Below are positions 54,107 through 63,291 of a stretch of DNA of 64,000 bases, one piece after another. The position numbers and the translations under genes were made by a program. Origin of the DNA: Chara braunii (Eukaryota; Plantae; Charophyceae); assembly GCA_003427395.1 (NCBI GenBank), contig BFEA01000013.1, positions 6,683,038 through 6,747,037 on the forward strand, read 5' to 3'. The number at the start of each line of letters is the position of its first letter. The stretch's first letter is position 1. The notes beneath the pieces were generated by a model. That model saw nothing but the letters and a program-made list of their open reading frames with translations. It was not told the origin of the DNA and did no database searches.

Positions 54107-54763
54107 TCAGATGCTCGGCGCAACGCAGGTAAGTGTTTGCTTTCCTTCAACTCCTTCTTCCTGACCTTTCTTCTCCTCTTCCTCCTTCTCCTTCCTTCTT
54201 CCTCCTCCTCCTTCCTTCTTCCTCCTTCTCCCCTTTCTTCTAGACGTCCACCTTTTTCCCAGATTCAGGGAACTTCTCTCCTTGAAACGTGCTGATGTGA
54301 GTGGACACGAAAGCAACTTCCTCTTCGACCCGCATTCATCGACCCGCATTCGTTTTTTTTTCCTTTTCTCCGAAGCCCGCGGGATAAGGGTGTCAACTGC
54401 CGAGAGACGGCGATGGACACCTTGGCTGTCAACTGGATTGACGCCTTCCTTTTCCCCCTCCGTCGCTGTCTTCTTCTTCTTCTTCCTCTTCTTCTTCTTC
54501 TGTATTCCCTTCTTCTCACGCTCCACCACTTTCCGCGCGAGTCTCCCGCTCTCCGGGTTTTCTCGCAATATCTCCTCTCGTCCCGATTGCTTTTCTTTTA
54601 AGTCATCTAGTACCTTGATCACGACAGCCTCTAACAACTTGATCCTCCGCAAGGCTCCTGGCCTCGCCCTTCTTTCTTCTTCCCAGCAAAGGGCTAATAT
54701 CCGATATAACTCTGCCCTAACCCTTTCTTAACCCACTAGTTCACCGATGTCGGGCTCACTCAT
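54107..54763 (-). pseudogene. Cassette ORF8, basic/helical protein with one early in-frame TAA (54728); the 3' part runs into low-complexity sequence
   Basis: The ATG at 54763 is in frame with track ORF 54107-54652: MSEPDIGELVG*ERVRAELYRILALCWEEE...LRRIKLLEAVVIKVLDDLKE. Confidence 0.5.
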
Positions 54764-55502
54764 GCCTCAAATTCCTCCGTCGGCAAGCTATAGCTATCCG
54801 TATGAGATCCGACGGGTCTAATCCTTCTAACCCTGCTTCACAGATTTTTCCCAGGTATCTCCAGGTGATGGTCGAGACCCTTACGTGTTGGCCCCAACCC
54901 TCAAAGGCNTAGCCCAGACCCTCTAATGATGACCAATTATCCTCGTATGGACTCTGAAGGCACCAGGTTAATAGGGAATGCAGGTCCGTCCTTGTGAACN
55001 GAAATTGGCTCAGNATCGCGATCCTAGGTCCTACCACCTTCCGAACTGCTTCCGAGGGATAAATCCGCTCAAGAATAAATNGAGGGACTCCGCCGGGGTC
55101 ACTGTCGAAAAACCTAGGTATCTCTTCCCAACCTGCGTAGGTCACTCGGCAGACCCTAGGGTATTCTTCTCGAGGACTCCCTTCTTCCATAAGCTTTTCT
55201 AAACGCTCTTGGATCGCCGGTGCGTCCACAAGCGGGTCCTCCCTTAATTTTAAATTGNGGACCACCTCCAGAAACCCTCCCTTAGAAAGGAACACTGTGG
55301 CCTCTCTGACTGCCAACCCTTCTCCGCTGCTCACCGTCGCCCGAACAAATACTCTCCCTCGGTGTATCTNTGCCACCTCCTTCCGAATGGCCCTTGTCGG
55401 GTCCCTCTGACTTTCCTTGGGCAAGGAGACTTGGACAATTTCCCCCTCCTCACTCACAGGCTCTATGGAGGCCCAAAGAGTCTCGGGAACCCCCCTTATC
55501 AT
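54756..55502 (-). CDS. Cassette ORF7, family B (248 aa)
   Basis: Open frame with RGRVFVRA, VREATVFLSKG and EEYPRV; the stop overlaps the next start (ATGAGTGA). Confidence 0.7.
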   Translation of the reverse strand: MIRGVPETLWASIEPVSEEGEIVQVSLPKESQRDPTRAIRKEVAXIHRGRVFVRATVSSGEGLAVREATVFLSKGGFLEVVXNLKLREDPLVDAPAIQERLEKLMEEGSPREEYPRVCRVTYAGWEEIPRFFDSDPGGVPXFILERIYPSEAVRKVVGPRIAXLSQFXFTRTDLHSLLTWCLQSPYEDNWSSLEGLGXAFEGWGQHVRVSTITWRYLGKICEAGLEGLDPSDLIRIAIACRRRNLRHE

Positions 55503-56293
55503 CGGGCTTCGTACCCCCGCCGGTTAGCCACTTGCTCTTCCCTGAAGAGGCGGGCGTACGGGACGTCCACGACGTGAGCTCAGATCCCCTCAAACTCTCT
55601 TAATCTCTCAAGTATAGAGGACAGCTCCCCCCTCGGGGGAAACCCCGCGTCCACACACCGCGTATAGAGCCAGAATAACCCTGTCGTCCATACCCCAGAA
55701 TCCCATGCGACTTTAAGTACCGCTACCACCCTTTCCCCCGTGCGACTTTAAGTACCGCTACCACCGCGTATAGAGCCANAATAACCTTGTCGTCCATACC
55801 CCAGAATCCCGTCCTCCCCAGGAATGAGCGTACNAGGAATTGGGGCAGCTCCGCGTGGAGGACTCCGGACGCACGAGGGACCTCTCCAGGTTCGGTGAAG
55901 GACACCTGTGTCCACGACTCGAAGGTCCCCTCTTCGTAATCACCCAGTACCAGGCTGTTTGCTAACAACCTTGTGGACTCACGATACTCCGTANGGGCCT
56001 CTTGGCCTGTTACTAATCCCCTCCACACTTCAGTCCACCTCGTTGAGGAAGATCGTAGCCCGAATCTCAAGGAAACGACCGAGGTCTGGCGGGCCTCCTC
56101 TTTGCACTCCTTCCTTCCAGGTGAGCCTGCGAGTTCGAACCCACACGTAGGCCCCTTCTCGGATGACTCCGCCTTTCTTAACGCTCATTCAATAAGGTGT
56201 CACGCGAGGGTCTCCCGGAATCAAGACTTTACCCGCGTCACTAGCCTCTACTGCCTCTACCACCCCGTTTTCACTGAGCACAAATCTCACCAT
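55499..56293 (-). pseudogene. Cassette ORF6, family B, disrupted by stops, a frameshift and a local duplication (55660-55810)
   Basis: MVRFVLSENGVVEAV...REGAYVWVR...EIRATIFLNE / VWRGLV...GEVPRAS...LYTRCVDAGFPPRGEL...GYEAR*. It starts 23 nt inside ORF5 and ends in an ATGA overlap with ORF7. Confidence 0.65.
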
Positions 56294-56957
56294 CTACCAA
56301 CGCCGTTTTGAAAACCCACCGGCGGTATCTTTCCGGCGAGAGAGTAAAGGGTTCCTCTAGGGACCCCAATCTCCTAAAAATACCCCAAAGCTTCCCGCGT
56401 GGTGGGATACCCTGATCGATACAATGCGTGTACAGCGTCCACATGGCCCCAAAGGGTAATCCCAAACTCCTCCCTCTTTCCAGGAGTCTCACCACTCTTC
56501 CCTCACTCTCTCTTGAGAACACAAAGTTTGGGACCCACACGGTCACAGGGTAACTTGCCCTTGGGAGTTCACCTGCCCTGGCGAACCTCCCGGCTTTCAA
56601 CGCCTCAAACTCGACCTCCTTTCGGACCCTATCTATCCACCTCCTCCTGACTTCTCGAGCCTCCCTGATTAACAAGTCCAGCCCACCCCCTTGGCCCAAG
56701 GCCAGGGTTACGATAATCTTCGACCAAGCCTCCGACTTGACGAAGATNACCGAGGTGACTTTAAGCCGCANCTCCGCCGTTCTCTCCTCAGCCCCTTCCN
56801 ATTCTATCCACACGAAATTACCTCCAGCCGTAATCTCCCCTCCTTCCAACCTTCTCCAATCGGGGATTCTCCCGTTGCTCGGAACCAGGCTACACACCCC
56901 TCGTTCTTCTAGAGGGGACTCGATGAACCTACCNACGCCCTGGTCAAATAGAATCAT
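56271..56957 (-). CDS. Cassette ORF5, family B (228 aa)
   Basis: Open frame with GGNFVWIE, KVTSxIFVKSEAW, GELPRAS and LYTHCIDQGIPPRGKL motifs shared with neighbouring ORFs. Confidence 0.7.
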   Translation of the reverse strand: MILFDQGXGRFIESPLEERGVCSLVPSNGRIPDWRRLEGGEITAGGNFVWIEXEGAEERTAEXRLKVTSXIFVKSEAWSKIIVTLALGQGGGLDLLIREAREVRRRWIDRVRKEVEFEALKAGRFARAGELPRASYPVTVWVPNFVFSRESEGRVVRLLERGRSLGLPFGAMWTLYTHCIDQGIPPRGKLWGIFRRLGSLEEPFTLSPERYRRWVFKTALVDGEICAQ

Positions 56958-57701
56958 TCATTCCACCCTTTGACGCACCCCAAACACCCTTTGGTATCGG
57001 TAGTCCCGTCCGCCCTCACGGTCTCTCTCCGACTCAAGAGAGATCCTCTCCCTGATCTGATCTGCCCTAACCCNGTACAGGANAGGGTTGTCCATGCAAT
57101 AGGAATAGAACTAGTGGAGCGAGCGAAAGGACAGGCCCCTCCTTCTCTCCCGCCTAGAAGACCTCACTACTTTTTCGTACGCGCCCCCTTCTCCANACAC
57201 CCTCCTGAAGACGTAAGAAGGGAAGATAGCCTGGACGCAACCCGCGGCTCGAGGATATTCCTCGTCCCGGGCGGAAGTCACCCGCAAGCAGAACGATAGA
57301 CTATGCTGAAGGGGCACCTCCTCCAAGATCCGCCTCAGGATAGGTTCCGCGCGTAACTCCCAGTGGTCCNCCCGATACCACCCTAAGGGCCAGTGGGTGA
57401 CGTACTCGACCCACNCCTCCCGACTTAGATAGACCGTGCCCTCAGCACGAACCGCCGCTCGCCGGGCCTTCCCCCNGTTCCTAGGTCTATTCCTAGTTTA
57501 CCGATATCCTTCCCAAATGCCTACGGCGAATCGTGCCCAAAGAAAGACTCCCTTCTCAAGTTCCACCCCTCTCTCACGCCCCGCTAGGTATCTCTCCGTC
57601 CNATGATCCAAGGGGACACTAAAGCATTCTCGTTCTTTGAGAAGGTCTACCTTCTCGATCTTCACTCTGCCGTCTTCTCCGGCTTCTACAATCCTAACCA
57701 T
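56958..57701 (-). pseudogene. Cassette ORF4, family B (~247 aa) with two in-frame stops (57498, 57111)
   Basis: One continuous frame MVRIVEAG...EKGVFLWARF...RAEGTVYLSRE...EEYPRAAG...QRVE*; the terminal TGA abuts the ATG of ORF5. Confidence 0.65.
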
Positions 57702-58065
57702 GCCCCTTCCGACTTTGCACCACCTTCTTAATGACTCCTATCNATACCTTCCACCCGTCGCACCCGTCGAGATAGGCCTCCGGTATGATCGGGGCGGGCC
57801 TCTCACCTCGTCGGAAAGTACGGTAACCTAGAGTATAGAAATACCGGGTCTCGTAGGCCCCCAGAAGTTCCTTTTCTAGCCGCGCGAGGCCAACAACCTC
57901 CTCCCAACTACTAAGAAACCCTTCTCCCAACGTCCCCTCTTCAACGTAGAGGGCGATGTCCCAATCTCCGGTCCATAGGAAGAACTTGTAGCACCACACG
58001 TCTACTCCCCCACAGTCACCCACGCTGATGCCTCCTGGCTCAAATTCTAAAACCCGTACGCTCAT
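57694..58065 (-). CDS. Cassette ORF3, family A (123 aa)
   Basis: MSVRVLEFEPGGI...WTGDWDIALYVEEG...YLDGCDGW...KGHG*; the stop overlaps the next start (ATGGTTAG). Confidence 0.7.
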   Translation of the reverse strand: MSVRVLEFEPGGISVGDCGGVDVWCYKFFLWTGDWDIALYVEEGTLGEGFLSSWEEVVGLARLEKELLGAYETRYFYTLGYRTFRRGERPAPIIPEAYLDGCDGWKVXIGVIKKVVQSRKGHG

Positions 58066-58425
58066 ATGTTCTTTACTATCTCCTCTATAATCGATACTAA
58101 CACTCTCCACCCGTCTGACCCATCCAGATATGCTTCCGGTACAACCGGGGCGGGTTGCTCCCCTCGTCGGAAGACTCGGCACCCCAGCGTATAGAAATAT
58201 TTGATCCCATACCCTCCAACAAAACCCCCTCTCTAGCTGCGCATGGGCAACCGCTTCCTCCCAACTGTTTAGGAAGGCTTCTCCTTGGTCAGTCCCTTCT
58301 TTTACGTAAAGTGCTATATCGAAGTCCCCAGTCCACAGGTAAAAATTGTAGCACCACACATTTACACCCCCACGGCTTCCCCCGCTAATGCCTGCTGGTT
58401 CAAACTCCAGAACCTCTAAGCTCAT
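58062..58425 (-). pseudogene. Cassette ORF2, family A (~120 aa) with a 1-nt frameshift near 58225
   Basis: MSLEVLEFEPAGI...QLERG; removing one base from the G/T run restores FVGGYGIKYFYTLGCRVFRRGEQPAPVVPEAYLDGSDGWRVLVSIIEEIVKNI*, ending in an ATGA overlap with ORF3. Confidence 0.7.
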
Positions 58426-58775
58426 AGGCGCCCCACTATTTCTTCTATAATCTTGACTAATACTCTCCACCCATCGGACCCGTCGAGATAGGTGTCCGGA
58501 ATCACCGGCGCAGGCCGACCGCCCCTAGGATAAGTTCGGTACCCTAAGGAGTAGAAGTAACTGAATCTGTACCCTCGCAGCTCACCTCTAGCCCCACGGG
58601 AGTCGTTGACCGCCGCCCCCCATCCGCGGAGGAAATTCTCTCCCTGGTCTCGCCCCTCTTCTACATAGATAGTCACATCAAAGTCTCCCGTCCACAGGCG
58701 GAAGGTATTGGACCACACGTCGACCCACCCATAGCTTCTTACGCTAATCCATTCTGGGACTGCTGCTAGGCTCAT
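58422..58775 (-). CDS. Cassette ORF1, family A (117 aa, unknown function)
   Basis: Shares VDVW..F.LWTGD(F/W)D..YVEEG and YFY(S/T)LG.R...G.(R/Q)PAP..P..YLDG.DGW with ORF2 and ORF3. Its TGA overlaps the next ATG (ATGA, 58422-58425). Confidence 0.7.
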   Translation of the reverse strand: MSLAAVPEWISVRSYGWVDVWSNTFRLWTGDFDVTIYVEEGRDQGENFLRGWGAAVNDSRGARGELRGYRFSYFYSLGYRTYPRGGRPAPVIPDTYLDGSDGWRVLVKIIEEIVGRL

Positions 58776-58845
58776 TCACCCTAATCAACGAGATATAATT
58801 TTAGTCCTCCTTCACTATTTGGCCACTCGAGAGACCACCCCTACC

Positions 58846-59372
58846 CTGCAAGAAGAAGGTGTCTGTGAGCCCAGCAGGATCAAATGGACCAGAGAAGGAA
58901 CGCCGTCTCACTCGGCTACCTTCCTGTCCTCTTCCGCTGAGAGGTCCTTCCACTTCCAGGTATAAGGACTAGCTGCGAACACAGGTTATCCCCGAAGAAG
59001 GGTGACAACCCCTCCTCCGGAGTCGGACTGAAGTCACACACCCGTGCCCTACGTCCCCCACCAAACCGACCCCTAGTCCTAGTTAGCCTATCCGGTACCA
59101 CGCCTCTACTCGGCCCACCTCAAGCGTGGAATTATCCGGGTCCCCGGACTCGATCCACCTATCGATCAGATATCACTAGCCTGTTTACTCCCTCCCGTTC
59201 TCCTTCTCGCATCGCGAACCCTTCTCACTTCGATCCCTTCCTTCTTTTCGCCACCGGCTGACTCTTTTCTCTCTTAGAATCAAAGAATTAGATCGGGGTA
59301 TCCGAAAAAAAAAGGGTGGGTAAGCAGAGATTTAGGAAGAGTCTCTCAGGTCAGGCAGATATATATACGCAC
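58846..59372 (-). other. Putative spliceosomal intron (527 bp) preceding the ORF cassette
   Basis: Donor CAG|GTGCGT at 59372; branch-point-like CTCAC near 58865-58869; pyrimidine tract and acceptor CCTTCTTCTTGCAG| at 58846. Confidence 0.5.
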
Positions 59373-59392
59373 CTGGTGGTTCTTGAGCCCTT

Positions 59393-59968
59393 TCAATATT
59401 CGTTTTCGTAGTCCCAATAATCCCCTAGGTCCGAGTCCGAGAAATCGGCGAGGCACCGGTCTACCCAAGACCCGTCCTCCGACCCCTCGTCCAAGGTACC
59501 CCACGTATCCCTAACCTCTTCTTCCCGAGGTAGTTCCNTATCCCCCTCGTTCANAACGNCACTTGAGGTTTCCTCGCCCNNTAGTCCCGGAGCCCGAAGC
59601 ACCACTCTCCTTACCCCCAAGTCCCGAACGGTCTCCGCTTGAGAACTCCGCTCCCNAGGGGGANGCATGTCTCTCGCGGGCCCCGCACACAACCCTCGCG
59701 GGTCGAGAACCGAGAACCCAAAACCTTCCCGCGGAACCCTTTCCGGTGCGGAAGTTGTNCCTCGTGCGGGTGCCCTCCACAGTCCGTGCGGGTCGAGGAT
59801 GTTTGGCGACCCCCTTGGATCCCAAATTGATAACGCTCTCAGATCCTCCCGAGTCCCCCTTTCCTCTCTCACCCTTGAGTCCACTCTCTCTCCCCCGTGT
59901 GCGGACCCTATCACACTATTTTCCCTCATGGCTCTTCTTACCGCCCTTTGGTTGCTTTTCACCCTCAT
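59393..59968 (-). CDS. Hypothetical 191-aa protein with an acidic C-terminus, upstream of the ORF cassette
   Basis: Open frame ending ...DFSDSDLGDYWDYENEY*, on the same purine-rich strand as the cassette. No recognisable domain. Confidence 0.35.
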   Translation of the reverse strand: MRVKSNQRAVRRAMRENSVIGSAHGGERVDSRVREERGTREDLRALSIWDPRGSPNILDPHGLWRAPARXTTSAPERVPREGFGFSVLDPRGLCAGPARDMXPPXERSSQAETVRDLGVRRVVLRAPGLXGEETSSXVXNEGDXELPREEEVRDTWGTLDEGSEDGSWVDRCLADFSDSDLGDYWDYENEY

Positions 59969-61116
59969 TCAAACCCCCACAAGCAAACTGTTTAGCCCNC
60001 TTAGTCCGTTGATTTTTGGAATAAACACTTNAAAAACATCACATTCCCNAGCAAAGACTGACCTGAATCATCTTGGAGCAGCAGGGCCGAAATCGCAAGC
60101 GGGGCCGGAGCGGACCTGCAAAAATCGAGAATTCCCGACACCCACAAGCCCTTTGCACCCAACAAGCCCGACACCCCTATCCCCATACCGAAACAAGGCC
60201 CCAATAGAACCCGCACCCCGATATCAATCAGAAACCCGAATGCCGCCAAGGAAAATAAGTCGTTGTGAACTGCTACGTAGGCCCGTGAAAAAAGACCCGA
60301 AGAAGTGCCCATACCGAAAAACCCGATGCCGGAAAGCCGAACTCTTGACGCCNAAACTCCGAAGAAAGTCCTGNCACTACCTGTCACGTCGGTTCTCCTT
60401 CACCCGTAGTCCTCGAGCTGGTNGAGGCCGTCGGAGAAANCCTCCCACNGNAACGGCGCNACTTTGTCGGCTTGTCCTTCCCCCTGTTCCCCCGGTCTCG
60501 GATACCTGGGCCTCCAGGGGTCAGGGGCTTGTCTCTTTTCGACTCACTTTCCCGACCACCGCCTGATCCGCCTAGACTGCTTTTGGCAGCCCCTGAGCTC
60601 CCCTTCGTCATGCCCCTTCTATGCACTTGCCCCGTCCCGGAACCGCGGCCCCGGTCGGACGTGAAAACCGCTTTCGAAACTCGAGTGGCTCTATCGGTTT
60701 GATCCCAGGCTTCGAGGGGCCGGAGTAACTTTCAGATCACAGGCCCCCCCCTTCGCTAGGCAGGCTAGTTCCTGCCCTGCAAGTCAGGTCACGCACAGAC
60801 TGTTCNCGGAGTCTTCAGATTGAGATATCCAGACAACGAACAACCTGTTTCCGGGACNTCCGTCCAGGANTGACTTTCGGATTGCGAGAAGGACGNCCTC
60901 CTGGACTTCGGGTTTGGGCTGAAAGATAGATCGCAAACAGGCCAACTCCGGGGCTTTAGATTAGGACTGCCATTCCAGTCTGCGAGCAGATTGATTNNNN
61001 NNNNNNNNNNNNNNNNNNNNNNNNNNNNNNNNNNNNNNNNNNNNNNNNNNNNNNNNNNNNNNNNNNNNNNNNNNNNNNNNNNNNNNNNNNNNNNNNNNNN
61101 NNNNNNNNNNNNNNNN

Positions 61117-61195
<79 letters not shown>

Positions 61196-63269
61196 TACGG
61201 CTGCGCTCTCTACCTCACGGCCGCTCTCCCTCTTCCTTTTTCGTGTCCAGCCTCCCCGACTTCTCGTGCGCTTCGTCGGAGGCAGGCATCGGGCGCATCT
61301 GAACGCGTGCTTTGATTCTCCGCTCCTGAGCGCTACCGTGCTCGTTTCTCCTCGCGTGAAGTGCGCGTTCTCCTCGTGCTCTCCCCCCTTCTTGTTAGCT
61401 CCAGTCGTTGTCGTGCTCCTCCATGCGGTCTAACATGACGTGCTCCCCTCCTCGATCACCCGGACTCACGTAGCCCGGTCGAGCTCAAAAATGCGCTCCG
61501 TCTAGCCTTCGTACGCTCCGTCCAGCCTTCGTATGCTCCTTCCTCCTCTCCCTCTCCAAGAAAGGGACCCTTCCTCTTTTTTTACTCTCCGTTTTCCTCC
61601 CAACCTTCCCTGATCAATCCTCCCTCNCTCCTTCTTCTCCAATCACTTTGCACCCTTCTCGCTCTCAATTCCCTTCCGACGTCCCGNGGCTTGTCTTNAC
61701 AANTTTTTCATCTCCCGCTCATTTGCGAATTTGTTCGTGCGTTCCCTCTTTTCGTAGCCACGCCCTCACTCGNNTTCNCGCTCTCTTTCTNGTTTCAGTA
61801 GACGAAACCCNCGCCTTTTCTCCCTCTCAGCATCCCTTCTTTCTTTCGTCCGGTTCCCCCACATTTTTGTNGGCCGCGTGGGGGCGCGTACCTGGCAAGG
61901 CCCCTTGCCCTGATAGATTCTCGTCGCGGCACGCACTCCAGCCCCTTCGTCCCGAACGATTTGCGATCTTAGCGCACTCCTCCCGTTCGCATCCTCTTTG
62001 TTCTTTGAGCAACATTGAATCTTGATCGTATTCGGCAAACACACTCCCTCCCTTCACCTCCATCCAGCTCATATGCAGTTAGCCGGTTCGTCTCCCTCAC
62101 CCTCGTCAGTACCCATCTGCCCCCNCAGATCTCGAGGTGGCCTGGCCCAACCTTCAAACAGTTATCAAGAAAGATTCTTGGCAGCTATACGTTAACNGCC
62201 CCGGTTCTTTCCCGCTTTCCCTTCAGTTCCGTGGGTCAACTCNTTTCCGGCCACCTCGGCCTGATCGTTGNGCGGGGCAGTGCTCTCGTGTCGTGGTTTT
62301 CCCGGTATCGCCAGAGGTCCGGTCTTCAAGGCTCTATCCAGGTTCACGTGCATCTCTCTTGGGCGCGAGGACAAGATCTCGCCTTCAACCCCAAANATCG
62401 TGCAGGCCAGTCGAACGATTTTCATCGGCAANCCATACGANAGGCTGGTAACCCAGCGTCCTTAAGCCCTCGCATGTTCCACNTCCCCGCATCGTTGATC
62501 CATCTCCCGCCCGACATNTGTGCCCCTGACAACCCAACTTCTGCTCGTAGTCACACCCCGTTCGTGGCTCTTGCTACCCCACTGCAGCTCATAGCCAATG
62601 TCCGGTGCCTTTCCTCGAACTCTCCATCCTAGGATCTCGATGGCCCCAGTCAAAGACCTGCCGCATCCGCCCTTCCCCTGACTTAAAGCCTTGAGAATGC
62701 CAATTTTTGTAGTCCGTGCGACCCCACCTGTGGCCGCTGTCCTTGTCGCCTCCTCCGGTCGTCGGAGGGTTAGTATCAGTCAAACAAACTCAAACCCCCC
62801 TTGAAACCCTTCATGCATATGCAACCACATATCGAAACCATGCAAAAAATCAGACAGGGAAGGTAATTTCTCTTTCCTTTTCTTTAACGAAGATCCCCTT
62901 GCTGGCAGGCAGCCGCCCAACAACCAGCCCACACCCCAATTCTCGCCGTCCCCGACGAGCCTTTCCCCACAAAACCCCTTTTTCTTTGCCCCATGACCAA
63001 TGGTCATCCCATGGTTCATATTAACCCTCACCCCTCTTTCGTAAGATTCGGTTCTTCCCTTTGGTCTTCCTTTCTCGTGGACTTAACTTTTTGTTTTCCA
63101 TACTCTCACTTTTGGAATCACGACATATGTCTTTGCTTAACTATGGTACAACGTTCGCTTCGGGATTACGACACATGGCCTCTCTCGACACATGTTTCTA
63201 TAACTATGGTACATTTTTTCTAACAACCTCTCCTCACGATACAAGATTCCCTAACTAGGGTACATCACA

Positions 63270-63280
63270 CCCCCTTCTCC
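63270..63280 (-). promoter_or_regulatory. Polypurine tract followed by the TG start of a 3' LTR at 63269 (LTR runs leftwards; far end not located)
   Basis: Minus strand reads GGAGAAGGGGG|TGTGATGTACCC about 12-20 nt after the pol stop codon. Confidence 0.7.
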
Positions 63281-63291
63281 ACTAGGTGATT

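Noticed and set aside
57694-58470. The 258-aa track ORF as one real protein
   Set aside because: It is an artificial fusion of ORF2 and ORF3 caused by a 1-nt insertion; the middle part is out of frame relative to the paralogues.
58804-58813. Shine-Dalgarno AAGGAGG upstream of cassette ORF1, implying bacterial origin
   Set aside because: It lies about 30 nt from the ATG, the strand is purine-rich throughout, and there is no consistent SD spacing at the other starts.
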